A stretch of DNA of 64,000 bases from Verrucomicrobiota bacterium. GTDB taxonomy: Bacteria; Verrucomicrobiota; Verrucomicrobiia; Chthoniobacterales; Terrimicrobiaceae. How positions within the stretch are numbered: the stretch's first letter is position 1; every line of letters begins with the position of its first letter. Under the pieces are notes generated by a model. The model ran no database searches. It was not told the DNA's origin and saw only the letters and a program-made list of their open reading frames with translations. A program made the position numbers and the translations under genes. Shown here piece after piece: positions 1 to 8,904 of this stretch. Location: positions 41,786 through 105,785 of the forward strand of contig JAPLTG010000007.1 of NCBI GenBank assembly GCA_026398255.1, in the 5' to 3' direction.

Positions 1-628
1 AGACCGAGAGGGTCGTGTGGCTGCCGCGGTTCAAGAAGCCCAGCACATCGTCGTGCGCGACCTCCTGCATGAAGCGGATGCAGCGCGAGCACATGATGCA
101 GCGCTCGTCGTCGAGCACGATCCGCTCGCCGATGTCCACGCGCTTCGGCTTTTTCACCTTCTCCTCGCGGAAGCGCGACTCGCCCTTGCCGAACTCGACA
201 GAGAATTCCTGCAACCGGCACTCGCCCGCCTGGTCGCAAATCGGGCAATCGAGGGGGTGGTTGATGAGCAAAAATTCCATCACTCCCTTGCGGCACTCTT
301 CCACGAGGGGCGACGAGGTGCGAACGCCCATGCCCTCGGCGACCTCGGCGGCGCAGGAGATTTCGGGTTTTGGACCCCAAGCGATTTCGGGGCGGCCATC
401 GGCTCCCAGAACGGGCTGGCGATCGGGCGTCATCTTCGGGCGGCCGGTCTCGACGAGACACATGCGGCAATTTCCCGGCGTGCTGAGTTTTGGATGGTAG
501 CAGTAGTGCGGGATGAATTTTCCGCTCTTCATGCAAGCCTCGATCAAGCGCGTGCCTTTGGGGAATTGCTTCCATTCCCCGTCCACTTGCACATTGACCA
601 TCGCCACTGGAGTTGCCGTTTCGCTCAT
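1..628 (-). CDS. nuoG: NADH-quinone oxidoreductase subunit G, N-terminal ~209 aa (gene runs off the window start)
   Basis: Own translation of the minus strand from ATG (626-628): MSETATPVAMVNVQVDGEWKQFPKGTRLIEACMKSGKFIPHYCYHPKLSTPGNCRMCLVE...NHPLDCPICDQAGECRLQEF...DDERCIMCSRCIRF. These are the 2Fe-2S and 4Fe-4S Cys motifs of the 75-kDa/NuoG family. The + ORFs 15..500 and 17..643 are antisense shadows. Confidence 0.8.
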   Translation of the reverse strand, partial: MSETATPVAMVNVQVDGEWKQFPKGTRLIEACMKSGKFIPHYCYHPKLSTPGNCRMCLVETGRPKMTPDRQPVLGADGRPEIAWGPKPEISCAAEVAEGMGVRTSSPLVEECRKGVMEFLLINHPLDCPICDQAGECRLQEFSVEFGKGESRFREEKVKKPKRVDIGERIVLDDERCIMCSRCIRFMQEVAHDDVLGFLNRGSHTTLSV

Positions 629-718
629 GTTGGAATTCGTTAAAAAACCCGCCGAGGGGTTTGAGAAAACTCAATCTAGCGACAGCCCAACCCCCCGAAC
701 AAGCAAAAGAAGGGCCTA

Positions 719-3700
719 CTAGGGCAACTCGTATTTGAAAAGTCCGCTCGTTCCGTCGGTGAAGGTCAGCAGGAATTGGACATCCCCCAACGCATTGAAG
801 CTCCTCTGGGCACCAGCGGTGGCAGTGCTTGCGGAATATGCCGAAATTTTCGAAATCGTTTTAGTCGCCCCGCCCACCGCGAAGCTATCGCCTGTGCGAA
901 TAATCAACGAGGGCGAAGAACCGGGCTCACTGGCCGCCCAAAAACCGAGATTGTTTGAGCTTGTGACCCCTCCCGCACCGGTTGCCAAGGTGGCGCTGAA
1001 GGCAATTCCGGCCTCGTCCGGGTAGGCGATTTGACTAAACGAGGCGAAACGCGCTCCGCTGAGCCCGGGCACCGCATCCCCGACGCGGGCTATGGTAGTA
1101 AGTTCGCCCTCAGGAGATATCGTCCATACTCCGGTGGCATTGGCGCTAGCGACCCCTCCCACACCGGTTTTGAGTGCCCCGGTGAATGCCAGATTTCCAG
1201 CGCCGTTGAGTATCGGCGAAGAAATCGTCTCGAAAATCCTTCCGTCGGATTGCGCAACCCCGGTTCGAACCATCAGCTGTCCGGCCCCGTCCGCTCCATA
1301 CACAAAAATTCCCGTGTTGTTTCCGGAGGTCACTCCATTGCCTGTGAATGCGGCCTTGAAGGCCACCTCGTTCGATTCGCTCAAAATCGGATTCGAGATG
1401 GTGCTGAATACTCCGCCGGTGATTCCAGGAGCCGAAGATCCCACCGCCGCGACAGGCGTCGTGCCATTCCAGGTGAAGGCGAATGCGTTCACCTTGTAAA
1501 CCCCGAGTTGGCCCGTGCCAAATTTCGCAAACAGCAGCAAATCCCCGTCGCTCTTGAAGTGTCGCGAATGCCCTGTCTGTCCGGCTTCGGGATTGAAGGC
1601 CGTTAAACTCGTGAGCGTCGGTGTCGGGCTCGCTCCGAGTCTGGCAACGAGAACCAAATTCCCGGAAGCATTTTGCGCCCAGATTCCAGAATTGTTGGAG
1701 GTCGTGATACTCGCTGAACCCGACGCAAGCGTAGCGTTGAAGGCGACCCCACCATCCCCGACAACCAAATTGCTAAAGGAAGAGAATACCGTCCCCGTGG
1801 CTCCCGGTGCCGCGCTACCCGCCTTGGCGACTAGAGTAGTCGTTCCATTGGCCGCAACTTGCCAGATTCCGGCGGCGGTAGTTTTTGTAACATTTCCAAC
1901 TCCCACCTTGAGTGTGCCGATAAATGCCAGCCTGTTGTTGCTGTTAAGAACCGGCTCGCCCAGCGCTGAAAAAACTCCGCCGCCGGTGGCATTCCCGCCA
2001 ATCCTAGCAACCAGTCGATTAGTTCCGTTGATCGATGTCCAAATCCCCGCATTGTTGGAGGCATTTGCGCCCGTAAAGGCCGCCGTGGCATAGAAGGCCG
2101 TGTTGCCGTTGAGGTTTATCGCAGGGTTTCCAAATGACACAAAAGTTGCAGCGGGCAGGATGCCTGTCGCATTTCCGCCGGTTCGGAAAATCGATGCCAA
2201 CTCGGTCCGAACAGGCGTCAAGAAAGTGCCAGTGGTTCCATTGTCGGTGATTCCTCCATACTGGCTGGTAAGTCGGAAGTAGTAGAGCGTTGAGGCTTGC
2301 AATGCTCCCGTGGATGTCGAGACGGAGGCCGTGCCGTTACCTCCAACAAAAGACAGGGGCAGCGATGTGCCGAAGCTGGAGGTGGCGCCGATCTGGAAGG
2401 CGGCTGAGACCGATCGCGCATCGATTGTGCCGGAGAGCGTTGTGCCATTCAGGGTCACCACGCCGGCTGAATTCGCTACCGGAGCCGTGAGACGACTGAC
2501 CCCCAGAGAGTAGGTGCGGGAGGTCGTTTTGTCATCGGAGAGCACTCGCACCTGAACCGTGTTCGCACCCGGCGAGAGCCCCAACGCGCTGCTCGCCTTG
2601 CCGGCCGCGATCACCGTGAAATTTCCGCTGCCCACCCTGGCCGCTGCCGAGGAATTGGTTTCGGCCAAGGTCGGAAAAACCGTGATTGATGAAACGGAGT
2701 TCGCCACCGTGAGGTTATAGCTGGCATTGGCGGAAGAGAACCCTGGAGAGACAGTCAGGCTTGTGGTGTTCCAGTGCGGAACCAGATTCGAGAGCAGCGT
2801 GCCGGAGGCGGCCCTGTTGATGGTGAAAAAGTAGCTGGCCGTATCGACGCCGTTGTCGGCGGTGACCTTCACTTCCAGAATATTCGATCCAGATGACAGA
2901 GCTAGTGCCGAGCTGGCTATGCCAGATTTACAGGCAACAAACTTACCACTTCCTATCCGTGCTTCAATTTTACCTCCGGCAGTCGACTTCGTGGCATTCA
3001 CCGTTGTCGACGAGACCAAGTTCACGACACTTAGGGAGTAGTTCGATGTGGAGATATCGAATGATGGCGTGAAGGCTCCCGCGCCGAGGGAAAGCGTGGA
3101 TAGAGCCGTATCCGCTGAACGCTGTCGGACAACTTTTAGTGTATGATTTCCTGATGTGGCGCCGTCCTGTGCGGTTACCCGGATCGTGATGGTGTTGTTG
3201 CCTACCGCCAGAGAAAAATTCCCGGAGTTTGTTCCGCCGGGAGTCGAGCTGAAGTTGCCTGCATTGAAGCGAACTTGCGCGGTGGCAGATGGATGGAAGG
3301 GTGTCCAGTTCGCCGTCAGGGAGCTTGTTTCAAATGGAACAGTGGTGGTGTAATTTCGAGTAGCCGTGGAAAACGAAGGAGAAATCGTGCCCGTGGAAAT
3401 CCCCAGAGACTGCAAGGCCGTGATGTTGCTGATAGTCGTAAAACTTTGTGTCGAGCCGTAGCTGGTCCCTGCCGAATTTTGTGCGACAGCCCGGAAATAA
3501 TAAGTGGTGGAAGGCAGAAGCCCCGTGACTTGGGTTTGAACCGAAGCGTTGGAGGTTGCCGAACCCGCCGACAAGGTCGCTGAGTTCAAACTAAAGGTTT
3601 CAGAGGTTCCATACTGGAAAAAAACACTCGTCGATAGCCCTCGAGGATTCACCGTTGCTGCAAGCGTTGTCGCATTCAGCGTGGTGGAAGCAGCGTTCTC

Positions 3701-5320
3701 TGTAGAAATCGTCGGAGAGAAATTAGACCCGCCCGAACCAACCGAACCATAGATTTTATAAGCTCCCATGCTTCCGTAAGCCGCGAAGCCCGTAGGGGAG
3801 CTTGCCAATGGCGAACCGCTTCCAGTCCCCCTCACTCGAATGTAATAGGTGCCCGGTGCCACGGTGGTGGAAATGGAGGCTAGGGATTGCCCTTCGCTTG
3901 ACCCGGCGGCCACTAGATTGCCCACCGAGGACAATAATTCCAATTTCACGCCAAGGTTTGAACCATAGCTGAACGAACCAGGAACCTTAAAAGACTCCGC
4001 GTTGATCGTTACCGAGGATTGGTCAATCGCGATGCGATGCAAATCAATATCCGAATCGGCACCAATGATAAAATCCTCCGTTAAAAAATTGCCCGCCGAA
4101 ATCGAGACCGCATTCGCCGCGCCCAAGGTTGCAGAAACATCGTCGGTAGAAAATCCCGACTTGGCGGCAATAATGGCAATGTCGTCTTCTTTATTATTGG
4201 CGAGATAATATTCGCCCTTGGACCACTGGGTGAAATTTTTTCCATACGATGCCCCCATGATCGCTCCCCAAGAAATTTCCCCGGTTCCATGGCCTGAATA
4301 ATATTCTGCCGAGGAGGTGCCATCGTGGCTCAATCCCAAGTTGTGGCCCACCTCATGGGATACGACCTCGGCAATATTGCGAGCCGTGCTTCCGACATTG
4401 TTGAAATAGGCGAATGCTGGCGAATAACTCGTATGAAACGAGTTTAGGCCGAATACATTTTTATAAGCCACGCCGCCGGCCGTGGAGCTTGGGTTGCTCG
4501 CTCCCGTTACATCTTTATTTTTAGTAATCAAAGCCCGCGCTATTTTGGGGCCGAAAGACTCGGGTTCCACGGTTGTGACATTGATGTCAAAGGCCTTGAA
4601 ATCCTCCGCCACACGCTCCCAAACTTCGATGATTTGGGACTGCTCGTAATCGTTGAATGTCGTGGCATCCCCATCCAAATCAAAGGGCATACATTGGAAG
4701 GTGGTTCGTGACGAATTCCAAGAGGTTCCAGTGACATTGTGTCCATTGAAGTCCAAATAGATCACATTCGCTGAGCCGGGCTTGCTACTACGAGCTGGGG
4801 GTGAAGAAATAGGAACGGAAGCCTGATCAGGATCAAAAGCCATTGATGGAATAGCTTGTTGATCACCTTCATCCACTGCCGGGCAGGCATAAAACATCAT
4901 TCCATCCCTATCCAGATGGAGCGAACGCAGATCAAATATCGGGACGCGCTCTTCGCCGAGTCTCTTAAGAACTTGTTGTTGGATGGACTCCGGGAGCGAC
5001 AAAAGCTGTTTTCGGAAATGCCCTGGAGGAATTTGGCCCATCGTTACTGGCCCACTCTCTCCAAAAACTTTGGGGTTATCAGCCTCAGATTGAGATAGGT
5101 CTGCCGTTGCGGGTGCGTTTTGAGCTAGCGGATATGTAGAATGTTTCTCGTCAGATTTATTATTCGAAGGATTTTCGGGATTTGAAGTTATCGGAGAGGC
5201 TTTAGATGAAGCGGCGCTTATTTCTGGACCAATACTTCGAGCCACACCAACTAAGTGAGGGAGGAAGAAAACCACGGCAGTCGCAGCGAGTGCCGTCAAA
5301 AAGATTCGGAACAATTTCAT
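719..5320 (-). CDS. Large (1533 aa) secreted multidomain zinc metalloprotease, reprolysin/M12B-like
   Basis: N-terminal signal/TM segment and zincin motif HEVGHNLGLSHDG. An Fn3-like segment (TTYYFRAVAQNSAGTSYG) is followed by about 4 cadherin-like beta-sandwich repeats (L..L.ls.G.l.P.F....YxxxV). The C-terminal half consists of many N..G..AF-type tandem repeats (NGNTAFYA, NNRLAFIG, DGGVAFNA, SNEVAFKA, AGNLAFTG). Confidence 0.85.
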   Translation of the reverse strand: MKLFRIFLTALAATAVVFFLPHLVGVARSIGPEISAASSKASPITSNPENPSNNKSDEKHSTYPLAQNAPATADLSQSEADNPKVFGESGPVTMGQIPPGHFRKQLLSLPESIQQQVLKRLGEERVPIFDLRSLHLDRDGMMFYACPAVDEGDQQAIPSMAFDPDQASVPISSPPARSSKPGSANVIYLDFNGHNVTGTSWNSSRTTFQCMPFDLDGDATTFNDYEQSQIIEVWERVAEDFKAFDINVTTVEPESFGPKIARALITKNKDVTGASNPSSTAGGVAYKNVFGLNSFHTSYSPAFAYFNNVGSTARNIAEVVSHEVGHNLGLSHDGTSSAEYYSGHGTGEISWGAIMGASYGKNFTQWSKGEYYLANNKEDDIAIIAAKSGFSTDDVSATLGAANAVSISAGNFLTEDFIIGADSDIDLHRIAIDQSSVTINAESFKVPGSFSYGSNLGVKLELLSSVGNLVAAGSSEGQSLASISTTVAPGTYYIRVRGTGSGSPLASSPTGFAAYGSMGAYKIYGSVGSGGSNFSPTISTENAASTTLNATTLAATVNPRGLSTSVFFQYGTSETFSLNSATLSAGSATSNASVQTQVTGLLPSTTYYFRAVAQNSAGTSYGSTQSFTTISNITALQSLGISTGTISPSFSTATRNYTTTVPFETSSLTANWTPFHPSATAQVRFNAGNFSSTPGGTNSGNFSLAVGNNTITIRVTAQDGATSGNHTLKVVRQRSADTALSTLSLGAGAFTPSFDISTSNYSLSVVNLVSSTTVNATKSTAGGKIEARIGSGKFVACKSGIASSALALSSGSNILEVKVTADNGVDTASYFFTINRAASGTLLSNLVPHWNTTSLTVSPGFSSANASYNLTVANSVSSITVFPTLAETNSSAAARVGSGNFTVIAAGKASSALGLSPGANTVQVRVLSDDKTTSRTYSLGVSRLTAPVANSAGVVTLNGTTLSGTIDARSVSAAFQIGATSSFGTSLPLSFVGGNGTASVSTSTGALQASTLYYFRLTSQYGGITDNGTTGTFLTPVRTELASIFRTGGNATGILPAATFVSFGNPAINLNGNTAFYATAAFTGANASNNAGIWTSINGTNRLVARIGGNATGGGVFSALGEPVLNSNNRLAFIGTLKVGVGNVTKTTAAGIWQVAANGTTTLVAKAGSAAPGATGTVFSSFSNLVVGDGGVAFNATLASGSASITTSNNSGIWAQNASGNLVLVARLGASPTPTLTSLTAFNPEAGQTGHSRHFKSDGDLLLFAKFGTGQLGVYKVNAFAFTWNGTTPVAAVGSSAPGITGGVFSTISNPILSESNEVAFKAAFTGNGVTSGNNTGIFVYGADGAGQLMVRTGVAQSDGRIFETISSPILNGAGNLAFTGALKTGVGGVASANATGVWTISPEGELTTIARVGDAVPGLSGARFASFSQIAYPDEAGIAFSATLATGAGGVTSSNNLGFWAASEPGSSPSLIIRTGDSFAVGGATKTISKISAYSASTATAGAQRSFNALGDVQFLLTFTDGTSGLFKYELP

Positions 5321-5816
5321 AAGCGCGTGAAAGTAATATGATCGGAAAATTCAAAAGAAAACTTAAATCGCGCAACAATCGATGATCGCCATGCCGAGCA
5401 GTTCGTGCTTGGCGCCGAATCGATAACCAACCAGGGGCATATGCTCCGTCATCACCCAAGTTTCAAACGCGTAGCGCCGTTTCATAAAGGGATAAAAACA
5501 ACCCCGAATCCGAAGGAAATCCAAACCTAGGCAAGCCCCTTTTTAATTTGCGGGATTCTTTCCCCTTTTCAAGAACGAGCACTTGATCAGTCACATTTTT
5601 ACTGGGAACGCCGAGGTCCTCCTAAACAGGAATGAGTAAACCGAGCATTCGAATCAAAAAAGCGAGGAAATGCGGGGCTGACCCTTTTCATTATTCCTCA
5701 AGCAATAATAAAGATTCTGAGAAATATTTGAATGTGTGAGGCCGATCCTTTTGAACGGCTTTTTTCTCAAAAAGGTGATGAAACGCGGCTGACCCCTTTT
5801 CTTGTTAAGAATTCAT

Positions 5817-6008
5817 GCCCGACCCCTTTCGCTGAAATTGTAGCGGCTGTCTATGACTGCCGATCTTCGCGCCTTCCTTCAGGTTTTGGCTGCACAAACA
5901 ACTCCCACTCCGGCAAAGCCAACGAGGACGTTGGCGCTCCTGCCGAGCTTGGCTATCCCTCCTCGAATTGACCAAATGTCAAGAATTAATGCCCGACCCC
6001 TTTGACCT
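5817..6008 (+). repeat. Copy A of a ~190-bp dispersed repeat, bounded by ATGCCCGACCCCTTT-like ends
   Basis: About 90% identical by eye to 6509-6697. Contains the hairpin GCCAACG-AGGA-CGTTGGC and the TTGTAGCGGCTGTC motif. The motif GCCCGACCCCTTT occurs at both ends (5817 and 5991). Confidence 0.8.
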
Positions 6009-6035
6009 TTGATCAACACTTTTTAGAATTTCGGT

Positions 6036-6215
6036 TTATTCTTTTGTGAGATCTCTTAGTATTTTGCGAGCAAGCAACTCGTTTATCTCGTTATGGCGCG
6101 GAATTGGCTGTGTAGCTCCCGTTCGTGGGTTGTGATAAATGTCGTGTTTGCCTCCATGTCGCAAAAGCACCGCACCGGCAGATTCGATCTTGGAAATCAA
6201 ATCTCGTCTTTTCAC
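6036..6215 (-). CDS. hicA: Type II toxin HicA-family mRNA interferase (59 aa, not in the ORF track, GTG start)
   Basis: Own translation: VKRRDLISKIESAGAVLLRHGGKHDIYHNPRTGATQPIPRHNEINELLARKILRDLTKE*. This matches the classic HicA/YcfA pattern (KRRDL...GG.H..Y.NP......PRH.EI). The GTG overlaps the hicB stop as GTGA (6212-6215). Confidence 0.8.
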   Translation of the reverse strand: MKRRDLISKIESAGAVLLRHGGKHDIYHNPRTGATQPIPRHNEINELLARKILRDLTKE

Positions 6216-6403
6216 GCCAATTCCAATTCCTCTACTTTTTTGATTCCGAGAATCGCGCTTGTTGAGAAAGTGTCATAAAGATCGCGAAGGTGATCTTTAA
6301 GGTCTTGAAATGACTCCCCCTGTGTCCAATGGTCCGGATAATCATTCAAGTAGCCGAGAAACCTTCCATCTTCCACCCGCCAGTAGGTAAATTTTGTGGT
6401 CAT
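6212..6403 (-). CDS. hicB: HicB-like antitoxin (63 aa, UPF0150-type N-terminal domain only)
   Basis: Sequence MTTKFTYWRVEDGRFLGYLNDYPDHWTQGESFQDLKDHLRDLYD resembles HicB/UPF0150 partners. It is translationally coupled to the HicA ORF. Confidence 0.65.
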   Translation of the reverse strand: MTTKFTYWRVEDGRFLGYLNDYPDHWTQGESFQDLKDHLRDLYDTFSTSAILGIKKVEELELA

Positions 6404-6508
6404 AAATCTAATCTAACCACTCGAAGGGCTAATGTCATTTATTTTTTGCCAAACTATGTTCCTCACAAAGATTTTTTACCTCTCAAGGCTTGCAAAATAT
6501 GTTAAAGC

Positions 6509-6697
6509 GCGGGGCCCTTTCGCTGAAATTGTAGAGGCTGTCTATGACTGCCGATCTTCGCGCCTTTCTTCAGGTTTGGGCTGCACCAACAACTCCCACT
6601 CCGGCAAAGCCAACGAGGACGTAGGCGCTCCTGCCGAGCTTGGTTATCCCACCTCAAAATGCCCAAATGTCATTAATTATTGCCCGACCCCCTTGAC
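6509..6697 (+). repeat. Copy B of the ~190-bp dispersed repeat
   Basis: Aligns end to end with 5817-6008, same orientation. The two copies flank the hicB-hicA pair. Confidence 0.8.
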
Positions 6698-6788
6698 TCC
6701 TCTTTGACATTGGTAACTCATTTTCCCAGGGCATAACCCCCAGTCTATGTGTAACCCATGTCCTCGGTCAGCTTGTAACCGATCTCCT

Positions 6789-7001
6789 CGGTTCATACCC
6801 TCCACCGAGGTCCAATCCAAGGCCCGCGCCGACGCCATTCAGCGCGAATCCGAAGCTCTGCAGCAAAGCCCCCAAATCATCCGTCTCCGAGCCATCGAGA
6901 AATGGGACGGCACACTTCCCCGCATCACCGGCCAATCCGCCGTTCCCTTCCTGAACATCGAGGAGGTCGCCCGCGACACCCCGCCCCGCCCGACTCCCTA
7001 G
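6789..7001 (+). pseudogene. 3' relic of an SPFH/band-7 (prohibitin/HflC-like) gene
   Basis: The ORF 6747..7001 tail ARADAIQRESEALQQSPQIIRLRAIEKWDGTLPRITGQSAVPFLNIEE looks like the conserved C-terminus of SPFH proteins. No SPFH core lies upstream, only repeats and hicBA. Confidence 0.45.
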
Positions 7002-7012
7002 GGCAGTAGGGC

Positions 7013-8038
7013 AGGGGTCAGTCCCACATATTGACATATTTTCAGTTTCAGCGAGGATTTTTTCCATGGCTAGACAACTGAGAGTCGAATACGCGGGAGC
7101 GATTTACCATGTGATGAGCCGGGGGGACCGGCAGGAGTCGATCTTTTGGGATGAGGAGGATCGGCGGCGGTTTTTGGGGACGCTTGGGGAGGCTAGCGTG
7201 CGGGACGGTTGGCAGGTGCATGCGTATTGCCTGATGGGAAATCATTTTCATCTGGTGCTGGAAACTCCCCAACCCACGCTGGTGGCGGGAATGAAGTGGT
7301 TTTTGGGAACCTACACGCAGCGCTTCAATGCGCGGCACCGGTTGCGCGGGCATCTCTTTGCGGGGCGCTACAAGTCGCTGCTCGTGGATGGCTCGGACGA
7401 CATGTATTTGCGGGTGGTCTGCGACTATGTGCATTTGAATCCAGTGCGGGCGGGGTTGATTGCGGCGGATGGGAAATTGGCGGACTACGCTTGGAGCAGT
7501 TTCCCGGAATATTTGAAGGAGCCCGATCAACGGCCCGGGTGGTTGCGTGTGGATCGGCTGCTGGGGGAGATGGGTATCCAGCGGGACGATGCGACGGGAC
7601 GGCGGGAGTTTCAGGAAACGATGGAAGCGCGGTGTCGCGCGGAGGGGCATGCGGACGAGGAACTCTGGAGCGCAATCCGGCGGGGATGGAGATTTGGCGC
7701 GGAGGATTTTCTGGAGAGGTTGATGGAGACCGAGGCGGTGGCAGGCGCGAACCGGGAGATTCACGAAGGAGGGGCGGCGGCTGAAACGATGGAGGAAAAA
7801 GCGCGGCGTCTCATCGTGGAGTTTCTGGAAAAAAGGGGGACGAGGCTTGAGGAGTTGCGCGCACGAAGCAAGGGCGATGCGCTGAAAATCGAGCTGGCTG
7901 GGGAACTCAGAAAAAATACAGCGATGTCGATGGCTTGGATCGCGAATGAACTCCACGCCGGCGCTCCGAACAGCGTGTGGAATGCGCTGGCGAAGTGCAG
8001 GAGGAGCCAAGATGTGTGAATATGTGGGACTGACCCCT
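7013..8038 (+). mobile_element. IS200/RAYT-like unit: HUH-Y1 transposase gene bracketed by perfect 20-bp inverted repeats
   Basis: AGGGGTCAGTCCCACATATT (7013-7032) is the exact reverse complement of AATATGTGGGACTGACCCCT (8019-8038). The right arm overlaps the last base of the transposase stop codon. Confidence 0.75.
7066..8019 (+). CDS. IS200-like / REP-associated tyrosine transposase (Y1 HUH) with a C-terminal helix-turn-helix-like extension
   Basis: Contains AIYHVMSRG, the HUH motif GNHFHLVLE, and the catalytic-Tyr region CDYVHLNPVRAGL. At 317 aa it is longer than minimal RAYTs. Confidence 0.8.
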   Translation: MARQLRVEYAGAIYHVMSRGDRQESIFWDEEDRRRFLGTLGEASVRDGWQVHAYCLMGNHFHLVLETPQPTLVAGMKWFLGTYTQRFNARHRLRGHLFAGRYKSLLVDGSDDMYLRVVCDYVHLNPVRAGLIAADGKLADYAWSSFPEYLKEPDQRPGWLRVDRLLGEMGIQRDDATGRREFQETMEARCRAEGHADEELWSAIRRGWRFGAEDFLERLMETEAVAGANREIHEGGAAAETMEEKARRLIVEFLEKRGTRLEELRARSKGDALKIELAGELRKNTAMSMAWIANELHAGAPNSVWNALAKCRRSQDV

Positions 8039-8093
8039 AATCGGCCGGAGAATCGCGTGGATGCGCTGGCGGGGTTGTGAGATTCTGCCGCGC

Positions 8094-8726
8094 ATGGACC
8101 GCTCCGAACGCGCGAAGGAATTGCTGAAACGGCTGCCGAAAATTTATCCCGAGGCGCATTGCGAACTCGACCACTCGAATCCGCTCGAGCTTTTGGTCGC
8201 CACGATCCTCAGCGCGCAATGCACCGACAAGCGCGTGAATCTCGTGACGCGCGAGCTATTCCAGCGTTGTCGCACAGCGCAAGATTACGCCGCAATTTCG
8301 CAAGAAGAGCTCGAGGGCCTCGTCCGCTCCACAGGATTCTATCGGAACAAGGCGAAAAACATTCGCGCCATGGGGCAAGTGCTCGTCGAGCGGCATTCGG
8401 GGCAGGTTCCCGATAGCCTAGCCGAACTCGCCTCCATTCCCGGCGCGGGACGCAAAACGGCCAATGTCGTCCTCGGAAATGCCTTTTCTAAAAATGAAGG
8501 CGTCGTCGTGGATACCCATGTCGGCCGCCTCTCTCAACGGCTCGGCCTCACCAAATTCAGCGACCCGATCCGCATCGAGCAGGACTTGATGAAACTCTTC
8601 CCGCAGGCTTGTTGGACCGACCTGAGCCACTGGTTAATCTTCCACGGCCGCCGGCGTTGTGCCGCGCGCAAGCCGGATTGCGCGAATTGCGAGCTGAGCG
8701 ATTTCTGCCCCTCGGCTAAAGGCTGA
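8094..8726 (+). CDS. nth: Endonuclease III
   Basis: Contains LLVATILSAQCTDKRVN, HhH-GPD (IPGAGRKTANVVL), and a C-terminal 4Fe-4S Cys cluster (CAARKPDCANCELSDFC). Start moved to the internal ATG at 8094. Confidence 0.9.
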   Translation: MDRSERAKELLKRLPKIYPEAHCELDHSNPLELLVATILSAQCTDKRVNLVTRELFQRCRTAQDYAAISQEELEGLVRSTGFYRNKAKNIRAMGQVLVERHSGQVPDSLAELASIPGAGRKTANVVLGNAFSKNEGVVVDTHVGRLSQRLGLTKFSDPIRIEQDLMKLFPQACWTDLSHWLIFHGRRRCAARKPDCANCELSDFCPSAKG

Positions 8727-8757
8727 AAAAATAAAAAATTGCGTAAACCAAAATGGA

Positions 8758-8889
8758 GGGATGGTCTCCGTGCCATCCCATTCTCGCGGTGCAGCCGCGC
8801 ATATCCCGCCCCCGAGCATTTGGTAACCCACCTCAGCGACTGACTTTACCCGCCGGCGCCGGCGCCTTCGGACGACACGGAGGTCGTCC
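8758..8889. terminator. GC-rich hairpins/palindrome in the convergent spacer between nth and the oxidoreductase gene
   Basis: GGGATGG-N8-CCATCCC (8758-8779), palindrome CGCCGGCGCCGGCG (8851-8864), and GGACGAC-N6-GTCGTCC (8870-8889). There are no clear U-tracts. Confidence 0.3.
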
Positions 8890-8904
8890 CTCCACAACAG
8901 CGAA

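Noticed and set aside
7048-8010. 320-aa minus-strand ORF opposite the transposase
   Set aside because: The plus-strand product carries the HUH and Tyr motifs. The minus-strand product is a Pro/Arg-rich shadow.
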